Assembly (NCBI GenBank): GCA_963711795.1 | Contig: CAVQFD010000007.1 | Coordinates: 38,085-102,084 of the forward strand | Direction of reading: 5' to 3' | Length of the DNA stretch: 64,000 bases | Source of the DNA: an uncultured Acidobacteriota bacterium | GTDB lineage: Bacteria; Acidobacteriota; Vicinamibacteria; Vicinamibacterales; CAVVIG01 | Shown: piece by piece, positions 45,349 to 55,152 of the stretch | Position numbering within the stretch: position 1 is the stretch's first letter | How the letters are laid out: each line of letters starts with the position of its first letter | Made by a program: the position numbers and the translations under genes | The notes under the pieces: generated by a model | What the model was told of the DNA's origin: nothing | Seen by the model: the letters and a program-made list of their open reading frames with translations, nothing else | Database searches by the model: none

Positions 45349-46707
45349 ATGAAGACCTGCAGCCGCATCCTTATATGTACGCTGGCCGTCACCCTTGGGC
45401 ACCCCGGGGCGGCCCTTGCCCAGGCGCCCCTGCCGGCGGGCTGGCCTGCCCGCCTCGAGCTGGGCATGGCGGACGGCCCAGGCGGTGCTGCGGCCATGAG
45501 GGCCACGGCCCCGTTTGCCTTTCGCTATCAATACCTTGCGGGTGGGGTGAACACCGGAAGCGGTTGGGCGACCTGGAATACGAACGGAGATTTCGCGCGT
45601 TTCTACATCCAGGACGCGGCGGCTCATGGCGTCGTTCCGGTCTTTACCTACTACATGCTGCTGCAGTCCGCCCCCGGCGGCGGCTCCGAGAGCAACGCCG
45701 CCTTCACGAACCTGAACAACACGGCCACGATGACGGCCTACTTCAACGATCTCAGGCTGTTTTTTCAGAAGGCCGGCGCCTTTCCGTCGCAGAAAGTCGT
45801 TCTCCACGTGGAGCCGGATTTCTGGGGCTACATGGAACAGCGCTCGGCCGCCGACGACGCCCGGACGGTACCCGCGCGGGTCGCGGAAACCGGCCTACCC
45901 GAACTGGCGGGCTTGCCGGGTAACGTCTCCGGCTTTGCCCGTGCGGTGGTCAGGCTCCGCGATCAGTACGCGCCGAACGTCGTACTTGGTTACCACGTCA
46001 GCGTGTGGGGCACCAACGTCGACATCGCGCTGTCCAACCCACCGGACGCGACGGTCGATGCGCTCGCCGCGCGTGCGGCCGCGTTCTATATCTCGCTGTC
46101 AGCCTCTTTTGATATCGCGTTCGCCGAATTCAGTGACCGCGACTCGGGCTTCTACCAGTACGTCTACGGTGACGGCGGCCGGGCCTGGTGGGACGCCGAA
46201 GACTTCCGGCGGAGCGTCCGGTTTCTCGGCGGCTTCTCGGCAGCGGCGGGGAAACGGATCGTGATGTGGCAGATCCCGCTGGGCAACAGGAAGATGCGCT
46301 CACAGAACAACACCACGGGTCACTACCAGGACAACCGCCCCGAGTGGCTTCTCGATGATCCCGGCCGCGCTCACCTGATCGCCTATCGCGACGCAGGCGT
46401 CGTCGCATTCCTCTTTGGCGGCGGCGCCGGCGGCACCACCTGCGCGTGCGACGGCCAGGGCGACGGCGTCACAAACCCGCCGGCGATCAATGGCAACACG
46501 CTCGCGTCCGAGGCTGCCGGCGCGGGCTCGGCACCGGTGGTGGTGACGCGCGGCTCCACGCCGACGCTGGTCACGCCGTATGCAGCCGACGACGACGGCG
46601 GGTTCTTCAGGTGGAAGGCGTGGCAGTCCTACCGTGACGGCACGCTGCCCCTCGCGCAACCCGGACCCCCAGGGGCACCGACAAACTTCCGCATCACCAC
46701 ACCCTGA
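45349..46707 (+). CDS. Secreted hypothetical protein, possibly glycoside hydrolase-like
   Basis: Signal peptide ending ALA, RYQYLAGG, aromatic-rich, HVEPDFWGY, WQIPLGN. Confidence 0.7.
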   Translation: MKTCSRILICTLAVTLGHPGAALAQAPLPAGWPARLELGMADGPGGAAAMRATAPFAFRYQYLAGGVNTGSGWATWNTNGDFARFYIQDAAAHGVVPVFTYYMLLQSAPGGGSESNAAFTNLNNTATMTAYFNDLRLFFQKAGAFPSQKVVLHVEPDFWGYMEQRSAADDARTVPARVAETGLPELAGLPGNVSGFARAVVRLRDQYAPNVVLGYHVSVWGTNVDIALSNPPDATVDALAARAAAFYISLSASFDIAFAEFSDRDSGFYQYVYGDGGRAWWDAEDFRRSVRFLGGFSAAAGKRIVMWQIPLGNRKMRSQNNTTGHYQDNRPEWLLDDPGRAHLIAYRDAGVVAFLFGGGAGGTTCACDGQGDGVTNPPAINGNTLASEAAGAGSAPVVVTRGSTPTLVTPYAADDDGGFFRWKAWQSYRDGTLPLAQPGPPGAPTNFRITTP

Positions 46708-46747
46708 ACAGGATGTAGGGCCGCGCCAGGTTGGAAAGACCGCCGGG

Positions 46748-47713
46748 CTATTGCTGGCGGGTACCGGCCGTCTTCTCCATTACGCGAGCGCCACGAAGAA
46801 TGTTGGGCACGGCGTGGTTGCCCTCGTGGCACGCGTACTCGTAGATGCGGTAGTCGTCTTCCTTCGACAGCGGATACGACATGGTCCACGGCTGCGTGAA
46901 GACCGTCGGGTCGGTCACCGTCACGTCGTACTTGAGCGTGTTCGCATCGACGCGCGTGAAGCGTTCTACGACGCGCGCGTCCTTGGTCTGTGGGATGCCC
47001 TTGATCCGGCCGGCAGCGGCGCTCGTGGCGACCCACCCCTTCTCGTTGAAGTTCGTCGTCTCGACGACCAGCGTCTGACCCTCCCAGCGGCCGCGTGAAT
47101 CGCCCAGCCACAAGCCGATGTTCTTCGAGGGATGCGGCCGGCCGTCGAGGGGAATGATCCGGGCCTCGTGAATCATTTCGTAGTGGATGACGACGTAGCC
47201 CGGAGCCTGAATGATCTGGTAGGCATTGTTGTAGCCCGCTGGGATCATTCCGCCGGGCGTTCCCCGCGTGATGCACCGATCCCACACGCTCATGAACTCG
47301 GGCTGGTCCGAGTTCTGCTTCAAGTACGCATCGCGCCGCGCTTCGGCCTCGGGCCTCAGGGGGACACGGCCGTTCGGCGGGTCGACGACGAGCGAGGTCT
47401 GGCGTGTGCCGAGCACCTTGGTGCCGGAATCCATCCAGAACTGGTTGTAGTTGCCGACGTCGCCCGCCCGCGGACGGTCCGTGGACTCGCGCCGCGCGGC
47501 CGCCTGTTTCTCGAGGTCGGCGGCTTCCGCTTCCGTGAGAAAGGCCTTGGTGCCGAGGGCGACCGGCCGTTCGAGGGGCGTGAGGGTCGCATTCGTCCAG
47601 ACACCCTGGAGATCGGGATGGTTCTGCGCTTCCACCCGGGCCGCGCTGCCGCTCAGGGCTCCGAGTGCCGCCACGACGATGACGAAACGCGACGGCCGGT
47701 TACTCCCGCGCAT
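46748..47713 (-). CDS. Secreted hypothetical protein (PDLQGVW...EYACHEGN family)
   Basis: Signal peptide, TPLERP, DRCI, GDSRGRWEG, ERFTR, YEYACHEGN. Confidence 0.8.
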   Translation of the reverse strand: MRGSNRPSRFVIVVAALGALSGSAARVEAQNHPDLQGVWTNATLTPLERPVALGTKAFLTEAEAADLEKQAAARRESTDRPRAGDVGNYNQFWMDSGTKVLGTRQTSLVVDPPNGRVPLRPEAEARRDAYLKQNSDQPEFMSVWDRCITRGTPGGMIPAGYNNAYQIIQAPGYVVIHYEMIHEARIIPLDGRPHPSKNIGLWLGDSRGRWEGQTLVVETTNFNEKGWVATSAAAGRIKGIPQTKDARVVERFTRVDANTLKYDVTVTDPTVFTQPWTMSYPLSKEDDYRIYEYACHEGNHAVPNILRGARVMEKTAGTRQQ

Positions 47714-47725
47714 GGCACCCCCTCC

Positions 47726-48775
47726 CTATCGTGAGCCGGACGAGGACGAGGACGAGCGTTCCACGGTGCGCGCGCCCTTGAGGATCCCGATGAGCGAGTG
47801 GTTGCCTTCGTGGCACGCGTACTCGTAAATCGGCTCCGTCGTGCCCTTGAGCGGAATCATCGCAGTCCACGGCTTGGTCCACGTCGTCGGATCGGTCACC
47901 GTCACTTCGTAGTTCAGCGTGTCGGGCCGGACGCGCGTGAAGCGCTCGACCAGGTGCAGGCGCTCGCGCGAACCCCTGAAGTCGCTCTTCGGGGAAAAGT
48001 TCCTGGACTCCACCACGAGCGTATCCCCTTCCCAACGGCCACGTGGGTCGCCATTCCACAGCTGCACGCTGGCGGGCAGGTGCGGGCGTCCGTCAAGGGG
48101 AATGATCCGGGCATCGTGCGCCATCTCGCTCAGAAACACGACGTGCGTGGCCGTCTGGAAGATCTGGTAGTAGTTGTTGTAGCCGGCGCCGAGCTTCGGC
48201 ACGCCAAAGTTGACGCAGCGCTCGCCGAGGCCCCGATCCTCGGGGTTGTCGGAGGGCTGAAGCCGCCGCCGGTCCGCCGCCGCCGTCACGCGCTCTCGCG
48301 CTTCCGGCGTCATCGGGGGCAGGCGGCCATCGGGCGGATCGGTGATGAGGGACGTCCGCCGATCCTCGACGTCGCGCTCCACCATCCAGAAGTGGTTGTA
48401 GTTGCCAGTGCCAGGGTCGTAAGAGGTCGGGTTCTTCTGCTTGTCGAGGGCCGCCTGCACCAGCCCGTCGCCGAACACGGCGTCGCCGCCGCCTTCGATC
48501 ACGTCGGCGGTGAGCTTCTTGAGGTTCTCGAGCTCGGCGTCGGTCAGCACTTGCTTACCAGCCCACTGCGTCGGGCGCTCGAGCGGCGTCACGCTGTTGT
48601 TCTTCCAGATGCCCTGCAGATCGGGCTTGCCGTCTGCGGTGCGCGGGACCTTCTGGTCCTGGGCCGTCAAATGGGCGGCGAAGGAGAACGCCACCGCCAT
48701 GCCGAGCGCGGTGAGGGAGGCGGACGAACGAGGGCGGATATTCAATGGACCCTCCAAAAGAAATCCCCTAATCAT
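47726..48775 (-). CDS. Secreted hypothetical protein, paralog of 46748-47713; start uncertain
   Basis: PRTADGKPDLQGIW, TPLERP, ERCV, GDPRGRWEG, YEYACHEGN. Confidence 0.8.
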   Translation of the reverse strand: MIRGFLLEGPLNIRPRSSASLTALGMAVAFSFAAHLTAQDQKVPRTADGKPDLQGIWKNNSVTPLERPTQWAGKQVLTDAELENLKKLTADVIEGGGDAVFGDGLVQAALDKQKNPTSYDPGTGNYNHFWMVERDVEDRRTSLITDPPDGRLPPMTPEARERVTAAADRRRLQPSDNPEDRGLGERCVNFGVPKLGAGYNNYYQIFQTATHVVFLSEMAHDARIIPLDGRPHLPASVQLWNGDPRGRWEGDTLVVESRNFSPKSDFRGSRERLHLVERFTRVRPDTLNYEVTVTDPTTWTKPWTAMIPLKGTTEPIYEYACHEGNHSLIGILKGARTVERSSSSSSGSR

Positions 48776-49959
48776 ACGGCCGCTGGAGCGTGGCGCAGCG
48801 TGAGCTTCACGCCCACGAGGGTTGCCAGAATGGCACCTGTCAGCAGCACTGGCTGGGCCGTAAACGGGGTCAGCAGCACGAGAATCGAGGCGATCGGACC
48901 GTAGGCACGCGTCTGGCGGTATTCGGGCCGATCGTGAAGAAGCCACAGGCACAGCAGGTACGCGGCCACCGGGATGGCCACGGCGGCCCCGGCCGTGGCC
49001 GTGCTGACCTGGGCGTGATGTGTCGCGGCATCCACGGCCACGGCGAGGCCGGCGCCGACCGCGGCCGCCGCCGCGAACACGACGTAGTGACCGTATCCCC
49101 AGATGATGCCTTTGCGGAGGCTCGTCAGCAGATCGTGAACCGGACGATCGAAGTACACCCACCACATCGCGCACACGATCAGCAGGCCGCCGGCGACAAT
49201 CGGCACCAGCGCCGCGCCGGCCTCTCCCGAGGCGAGAACCAGTTGCACCGCACCTGTCGCCGCGAGGATCGACTCGCCCAGGACGATGAGCGTCAGCAGG
49301 CCGTAGCGCTCCGCAATGTGATGGGGATGCCACGTCGTCGGTGCACGTGCCTCCGCCCACATGGGCACGGCGAGCTCGCAGCCCGCCAGCACGAGAAACC
49401 CCACCACCTGGACGCCAGGCACGAACAGCAGGGCCACCCATGCGACCTGAAGGGCTGAAATGCCGACGGCGTAGCGCCGGGCGGTTGCGCGGTGTCCGGG
49501 GTCCGATGCCGCCGCGCGCAGCCATTGGACGACCATGGCCAGCCGCATCACCACGTAGCCGACGACGACCACGGTCGTGGGCGCACGCGCTTCGAACATC
49601 CCCCGCACGCCAGCGGCGAGAATCAGCGCCCCGGCGATCTGGATGAACACCGCGAGCCGATATGGCACGTCGTCGCAGTCGTACGCCGAGGCGAACCACG
49701 TGAAGTTCATCCACGCCCACCAGATGGCGAAGAACACCATCAGGTAGCCGCCGAGCCCTTCGAGGGCGTGCCCCTCGGCCACTGCATGGTGCAGTCCGGC
49801 CGATGCCTGTGCGATTGCGACCACGAACACGAGATCGAAGAACAGCTCGAGGGGGGTCGCGGCGCGGTGTGGTTCGTGCCGCGAGCGCGCCCGCATCGAG
49901 GTCAGCAGGGCAGCCCCGGACGGGGATTGACCGTGGGCGAACGATGTCGGCTCAGCCAT
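48772..49959 (-). CDS. ltrA: Low temperature requirement protein A family membrane protein
   Basis: ATPLELFFDLVFVVA, WWAWMNFTW, HIAERYGLLTLIVLGE, WWVYF, WGYGH. Confidence 0.9.
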   Translation of the reverse strand: MAEPTSFAHGQSPSGAALLTSMRARSRHEPHRAATPLELFFDLVFVVAIAQASAGLHHAVAEGHALEGLGGYLMVFFAIWWAWMNFTWFASAYDCDDVPYRLAVFIQIAGALILAAGVRGMFEARAPTTVVVVGYVVMRLAMVVQWLRAAASDPGHRATARRYAVGISALQVAWVALLFVPGVQVVGFLVLAGCELAVPMWAEARAPTTWHPHHIAERYGLLTLIVLGESILAATGAVQLVLASGEAGAALVPIVAGGLLIVCAMWWVYFDRPVHDLLTSLRKGIIWGYGHYVVFAAAAAVGAGLAVAVDAATHHAQVSTATAGAAVAIPVAAYLLCLWLLHDRPEYRQTRAYGPIASILVLLTPFTAQPVLLTGAILATLVGVKLTLRHAPAAV

Positions 49960-50040
49960 CGGACCGGATCGTAATCCGAAGCGCCGCCCGCGGTGCCCGA
50001 ACTCAACCCTCCGGCGGCGCCACCCGTCTAACCCGCCGTC

Positions 50041-52539
50041 ATGACCCTCCTGAGCGATCTCCGGTTTGCCCTCCGCGGCCTGGTCCGCAGTCCCCTGTTC
50101 TCGATCGTGGCCATCCTGTCGCTGGCCCTCGGCGTCGGCGCGAATACGGCCATCTTCACGGTCATGGATCAGCTGCTGCTGCGCAAGCTGCCCGTGCAGA
50201 AGCCCGACGAGCTCGTGATGCTCTATCAGGAAGGGCCCCACAGCGGCAGCAACATGGGGCAGCGGATGCACTCGTATCCGATCTATCAGGAGTTTCAGAA
50301 GCGCGGGGAGCCGCTCGCCGAGGTGTTCGCACGACGGCTCGTTCCCGCGTCGATGAGCATCGACAACCAGACCGAGCGGATCCAGGCGGAGATGGTCTCC
50401 GGCAACTACTTCTCCGTGCTCGGTGTCACGCCCGCCGCGGGCCGCCTCTTCAACTCGAACGAGGACGATCAGATCTACGAGGGCCACCCGGTGGTGGTGC
50501 TGAGCCACGACTACTGGGTCAGCCGCTTTGCCCGGGATCCCGCGGTGGTCGGAAAGCGGATCCTCGTCAACGACTACCCGATGACGATTGTCGGGGTGTC
50601 GGCCGAAGGCTTCGCGGGCCTCGATCCCGCGCAGGCGCCGCAGCTGCGCGTGCCCATCCTGATGAAGCCGGTCATGGTTCCCGACTGGGCATGGGTCAGC
50701 ATGGGCGACCCCAGAGTCCGCTGGGTGCAGGTCTTTGCCCGCCTCAAGCCGGACCAGACTGTGGAGTCGGCCGAGGGGCCGCTGCAGGGACTCTTCCTCC
50801 AGATCCGCGCGCACGAGATGACCCTGACGGGCGCGAGGACCTGGTCCGCTTACATGCGCGAGCAGTTCATGAAGGGCCGCCTCCGGGTCGAACCCGCCGC
50901 CGCCGGGTACTCGGCGCTCCGCAACGACTTCTCCACGGCGCTCATCGTGTTGATGTGCATGGTCGGCCTCGTCCTGCTCATCGCCTGCGCGAATGTGGCG
51001 AACCTCCTTATCGCGCGAGGGTTCATGCGGCAGCGGGAGATTGCGGTGCGGCTGTCGATCGGAGCTACGCGGGCGCAGCTGGTCCGCCAGCTGCTCGTCG
51101 AAAGCCTCGTGCTGTCGAGTGCGGGGGGCATGCTCGGCCTCGTGATCGCGATGGCGCTCACGCGATTCCTGCTGTCGCTCGTTCCCTCCGGGGGCCAGCC
51201 GCTGCTGATTCGAGCGGCGCCAGATGCGCGCGTCCTGCTCTTCACACTCGGGCTGACGATCGTTACAGCAGTAGTGTTCGGGTTGCTCCCCGCCTTGCGC
51301 GCCAGCCGGCCCGACCCATGGACGACGCTCAAGGACACGGTTGGCTCGATTGCCGGCGCCGGCGGATCGCTCTTCCTCCGGAGGGGCCTCGTCGCCGCGC
51401 AGGTCGCCCTCAGCTTTCTCCTCCTCTTCGGCGCCGGGCTCTTCGTGCAGAGCCTGCAGAACCTGAGGGCGACTGATACCGGCGTGGCGCTCGAGAACCT
51501 GGTGACCTTTCAGCTTTCACCCGTGCTGAATGGGTACAGCCTGGAGCAGACGGTGCGCTTCTATCAGGACGTACTCGAACGGCTCCGTACGGCGCCAGGC
51601 GTGGTCTCCGCCGGGATGGCCTCCGTTCCCATCCTGAGCGGCGACGAGTGGGACAGCACCACGCAGGTCGAAGGCCATCAGGCCAAGGACGGCGAGGACA
51701 TGCAGGCGTACATGAACAGCCTGATGCCGGGCTACTTCGACACGATGAAGATCCGTTTCATCGAAGGGCGCGACTTCACTGCGATGGACGTCAAGCCGTT
51801 CGCCACAACCGCCATCGTCAACCGGCGGTTCGCCGAGCACTTCTTCAAGGGGAAGAGCGCAGTCGGCCGCCGTCTCGGACGCGGCGCCGGCCCCAACACG
51901 AAGATGACGACCGAGATCATTGGCGTGGTCGAGGATTCACTCTACGAGGGCCCGCGTCAGGGTGTGCGGCGGCAGGTGTTCGTTCCCCATTACGCTCGCA
52001 ACAGCGCGACGTTCTACGTGCGGACGACGTCAGCGTCAGCGAGCGCGTACGGCATGGTCCGCGACCAGGTCAGGGCGCTGAATCCCCTCATGCCGGTGCA
52101 CGCACTCAAGACGCTCGAGGCGCAGCTGGACGAGACGCTGCTGACCGAGCGTTTGATAGCGCTGCTCTCGGCGGGCTTCGGGCTTCTCGCGACGCTTCTG
52201 GCTTCGGTGGGGCTGTACGGCGTGATGGCGTTCGTCGTGGCGCGACGCCGGAAGGAGCTGGGCATTCGCATGGCCCTTGGAGCACAACCCGGCCTCGTCA
52301 TCTGGATCGTGATGCGCGAAGTGCTCGTGCTGCTTGCGATCGGGCTCGCCGTTGGCGTTCCCGCCGGCATTGCCCTCGGCCGCTTCGTGTCAGCGGAGCT
52401 GTACGGCATCCAACCCGGCGACCCGTCGATCGCCATGGCCACGGTGGCCCTCCTGGCCGCCGTGTCGGCCGCTGCCGGCTCGATTCCCGCGCACCGGGCG
52501 AGCCGCATCGATCCCATCCTGGCGCTGCGCTACGAATAG
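50041..52539 (+). CDS. ADOP-type duplicated ABC permease (intact)
   Basis: DLRFALR, LALGVGANTAIF, VSGNYF, LLIACANVANLL, ELGIRMALGA, IDPILALRYE. Confidence 0.93.
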   Translation: MTLLSDLRFALRGLVRSPLFSIVAILSLALGVGANTAIFTVMDQLLLRKLPVQKPDELVMLYQEGPHSGSNMGQRMHSYPIYQEFQKRGEPLAEVFARRLVPASMSIDNQTERIQAEMVSGNYFSVLGVTPAAGRLFNSNEDDQIYEGHPVVVLSHDYWVSRFARDPAVVGKRILVNDYPMTIVGVSAEGFAGLDPAQAPQLRVPILMKPVMVPDWAWVSMGDPRVRWVQVFARLKPDQTVESAEGPLQGLFLQIRAHEMTLTGARTWSAYMREQFMKGRLRVEPAAAGYSALRNDFSTALIVLMCMVGLVLLIACANVANLLIARGFMRQREIAVRLSIGATRAQLVRQLLVESLVLSSAGGMLGLVIAMALTRFLLSLVPSGGQPLLIRAAPDARVLLFTLGLTIVTAVVFGLLPALRASRPDPWTTLKDTVGSIAGAGGSLFLRRGLVAAQVALSFLLLFGAGLFVQSLQNLRATDTGVALENLVTFQLSPVLNGYSLEQTVRFYQDVLERLRTAPGVVSAGMASVPILSGDEWDSTTQVEGHQAKDGEDMQAYMNSLMPGYFDTMKIRFIEGRDFTAMDVKPFATTAIVNRRFAEHFFKGKSAVGRRLGRGAGPNTKMTTEIIGVVEDSLYEGPRQGVRRQVFVPHYARNSATFYVRTTSASASAYGMVRDQVRALNPLMPVHALKTLEAQLDETLLTERLIALLSAGFGLLATLLASVGLYGVMAFVVARRRKELGIRMALGAQPGLVIWIVMREVLVLLAIGLAVGVPAGIALGRFVSAELYGIQPGDPSIAMATVALLAAVSAAAGSIPAHRASRIDPILALRYE

Positions 52540-52615
52540 CCTGCCGCTCCAACTACAGGCGCACGAAAAACACCGCGCGCATTGTCTCCACGCGACCGGC
52601 AGGTAAAATGAAGCC

Positions 52616-53242
52616 TTGAGGGTCTTGCTGGCGGCCACGCTCGTCACCGTCGCATGCCGCAGCGGAGCGGGCGTGGACGGCCCTCAGATCCTTCAGCCGG
52701 GCTCGCCGGGTCAGCCCAGCCGGCCCATCGCGGCCGATCGTGCCGCTGATCTGTCGGGCGTGGGGTTCACGGAGGCCGACGTCCGGTTCATGCAGGGCAT
52801 GATTGGCCACCATGCGCAAGCCGTCGAGATGGTGGCGCTCCTGCCGGGACGAAGCACGTCCGAGGCCATGCGCCTCCTCGCCCGGCGCATCGAGGTTTCG
52901 CAGGCCGACGAGATCGTCATGATGCAGCGGTGGCTGAGCGACCGCGGCCAGGCCCTGCCGGATCCGCACGCGCACCATGCCCCCGGAGGCCTCATGCCGG
53001 GCATGTTGAGCGAAGAAGCCATGGGTCGCCTGAAAGGGGCCAGGGGCATCGAGTTCGATCGCCTGTTTCTCGAGGGCATGATCCAGCATCATGTCGGCGC
53101 CCTGACGATGGTGCGCGATCTGTTCGCCGTGGGCGGAGCCGGCCAGGAGTCGGAGATTTTCGCGTTTTCCGCGGACGTCGATGCCGATCAGCGGATGGAG
53201 ATCGAGCGTATGGGCGCCATGCTTCAGGAGCTTCAGCCATGA
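52616..53242 (+). CDS. DUF305 domain lipoprotein (ferritin-like)
   Basis: TVAC lipobox, FMQGMIGHHAQA, FLEGMIQHHVGA, Q..EI..M repeats, HAHH linker. Confidence 0.9.
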   Translation: MRVLLAATLVTVACRSGAGVDGPQILQPGSPGQPSRPIAADRAADLSGVGFTEADVRFMQGMIGHHAQAVEMVALLPGRSTSEAMRLLARRIEVSQADEIVMMQRWLSDRGQALPDPHAHHAPGGLMPGMLSEEAMGRLKGARGIEFDRLFLEGMIQHHVGALTMVRDLFAVGGAGQESEIFAFSADVDADQRMEIERMGAMLQELQP

Positions 53243-55140
53243 GATTGCCGACCGTCGGTTGCGTGTGCCTGTCCGCTGCCTTGTGCGGCCTGGCGATGGA
53301 CGGGCTCGCGCAGCAGCGCCAGGCCAACGATCCTCGCGTGGGGCTGAAGGGCGGCCTGAGGGACGCGGGGCGCGCGATCTGGAACCTGGAGCTCGTGACG
53401 AGCCTGCCGAAGCCCGATGGCTTCTTCGATCCCAAGCAGCCGGCCGGCCCGCCGACTCCTCCCGAGCGCGCTCAGAACCAGTCGGCCGGCAGCCAGGACT
53501 CATCGGACGGGAGCGACGCTCCCGCCGGTTCGCCGGCGACGCCGCCCAATCCTGCGGCGTCGAATGCGCTCAGCTTTGCGAACTCCGACCTTGCGTTCAA
53601 GGACAACCATCTGTTCGTCGGCAACTACCACGGCTTCAACGCCTACGACATCGAGAACGGGCGGACACCGCGGCTCATCGCGTCGGTCGTGTGCCCGGGC
53701 GGCCAGGGCGACGTGTCGATCCACGGAACCCTCCTCTTCATGTCGGTCGAGCAGACACGCGGGCGCATCGACTGCGGTCTGGGCGGCGTGGCAACCCCCG
53801 TCAGCGCCGAGCGGTTCCGTGGCGTCCGTATTTTCGACATCAGCGATGTACGGAAGCCGCGTCAGGTCGCAGCCGTGCAAACCTGCCGCGGATCGCACAC
53901 CCACACCCTCGTGGTCGACCCCCGCGACGCGGAGAATGTTTTTGTCTACGGCTCGGGTACGGGCGCCGTCCGTTCGGCTGACGAACTTGCGGAGTGTTCC
54001 GGCAAGGATCCCAAGGAGGATCCGAACACCGCGCTCTTCAGCATCGACGTGATTCAGGTGCCGCTCGCGGCGCCCGAGAAGGCGCGTGTCGTCAACCGCC
54101 CGCGGATTTTCGCGTCGACGACGGGCGCGATTTCCGGGCTGTGGCAGGGCGGAAATCACGGAGAGGGCACGCAGACCTCGCGGCTGACCAACCAGTGCCA
54201 CGACATCACGGTGTTTCCGGAGATGGGCCTCGCCGCCGGGGCGTGCGCGGGCAACGGGATCCTGCTCGACATCTCGGACCCGGTCCATCCGGTCCGGCTG
54301 GATCAGGTGGTGGACAAGAACTTTGCTTACTGGCACTCCGCCACGTTCAACAACGACGGCACCAAGGTCATTTTCACGGACGAGTGGGGCGGCGGCAGCC
54401 GTCCCCGCTGCCGCGCGTCCGATTTGCCGAACTGGGGCGCCAACGCGATTTTCGACGTGGTCGATCGCCAGCTCCGCTTCGCCAGCTACTACAAGATGCC
54501 TGCGCCGCAGACCGAGCTGGAGAACTGCGTGGCGCACAACGGCTCGCTTGTGCCGGTGCCCGGGCGCGACATCATGGTGCAGGCCTGGTATCAGGGCGGC
54601 GTCTCGGTGTTCGACTTCACCGACTCGGCCCATCCGGTCGAGATTGCCTTTTTCGATCGGGGGCCGGTCGATCCCAAGCGGCTCATCACGGCGGGGTACT
54701 GGTCCACGTATTGGTACAACGGCCAGGTGTATGGCACCGAGATCGCACGCGGCGTGGACGTCTTCCGCCTGAAGCCGAGCGAGTATCTGTCCGAGAGCGA
54801 GATCGCCGCGGCGGTGCTGGTGCACTCGACGGGTTTTAACGCGCAGCAGCAGACCCGGATCACCTGGCCTGCCAGCTCGCTGGTCGCCCGTGCCTATCTC
54901 GATCAGCTTGCGCGTACCAAGGCCATTTCTCCCGCGCGCGCGTCTTCGGTCAGGGCGGACATGGAGCGCGCTGACGGCGTGCGTTCGGGCCGCCCGTCGG
55001 ATGCCGCGACCGTCGCCGAACGGCTCGAGGTGCTCGCGAGCCACCTCGAAGGCGACGCGGCCGCGGCCACCGGCCCCGATGCAACACGGCTGCGGCTGCT
55101 CGCCGGGACCGTCAAGGCGCGCGCCGCGGAACTGCGCTGA
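53239..55140 (+). CDS. LVIVD-repeat secreted protein
   Basis: NSDLAF, CPGGQGDVS, GVRIFDISD, QTCRGSHTHT, CHDITV, WHSATF, ENCVAHNG; ATGA overlap with DUF305 gene. Confidence 0.85.
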   Translation: MRLPTVGCVCLSAALCGLAMDGLAQQRQANDPRVGLKGGLRDAGRAIWNLELVTSLPKPDGFFDPKQPAGPPTPPERAQNQSAGSQDSSDGSDAPAGSPATPPNPAASNALSFANSDLAFKDNHLFVGNYHGFNAYDIENGRTPRLIASVVCPGGQGDVSIHGTLLFMSVEQTRGRIDCGLGGVATPVSAERFRGVRIFDISDVRKPRQVAAVQTCRGSHTHTLVVDPRDAENVFVYGSGTGAVRSADELAECSGKDPKEDPNTALFSIDVIQVPLAAPEKARVVNRPRIFASTTGAISGLWQGGNHGEGTQTSRLTNQCHDITVFPEMGLAAGACAGNGILLDISDPVHPVRLDQVVDKNFAYWHSATFNNDGTKVIFTDEWGGGSRPRCRASDLPNWGANAIFDVVDRQLRFASYYKMPAPQTELENCVAHNGSLVPVPGRDIMVQAWYQGGVSVFDFTDSAHPVEIAFFDRGPVDPKRLITAGYWSTYWYNGQVYGTEIARGVDVFRLKPSEYLSESEIAAAVLVHSTGFNAQQQTRITWPASSLVARAYLDQLARTKAISPARASSVRADMERADGVRSGRPSDAATVAERLEVLASHLEGDAAAATGPDATRLRLLAGTVKARAAELR

Positions 55141-55152
55141 CCTGCGGCGTTC

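Noticed and set aside
47726-50814. Apparent long N-terminal extensions on the EYACHEGN paralog and LtrA
   Set aside because: Extensions are off-frame or antisense reads through neighbouring genes; true starts are downstream
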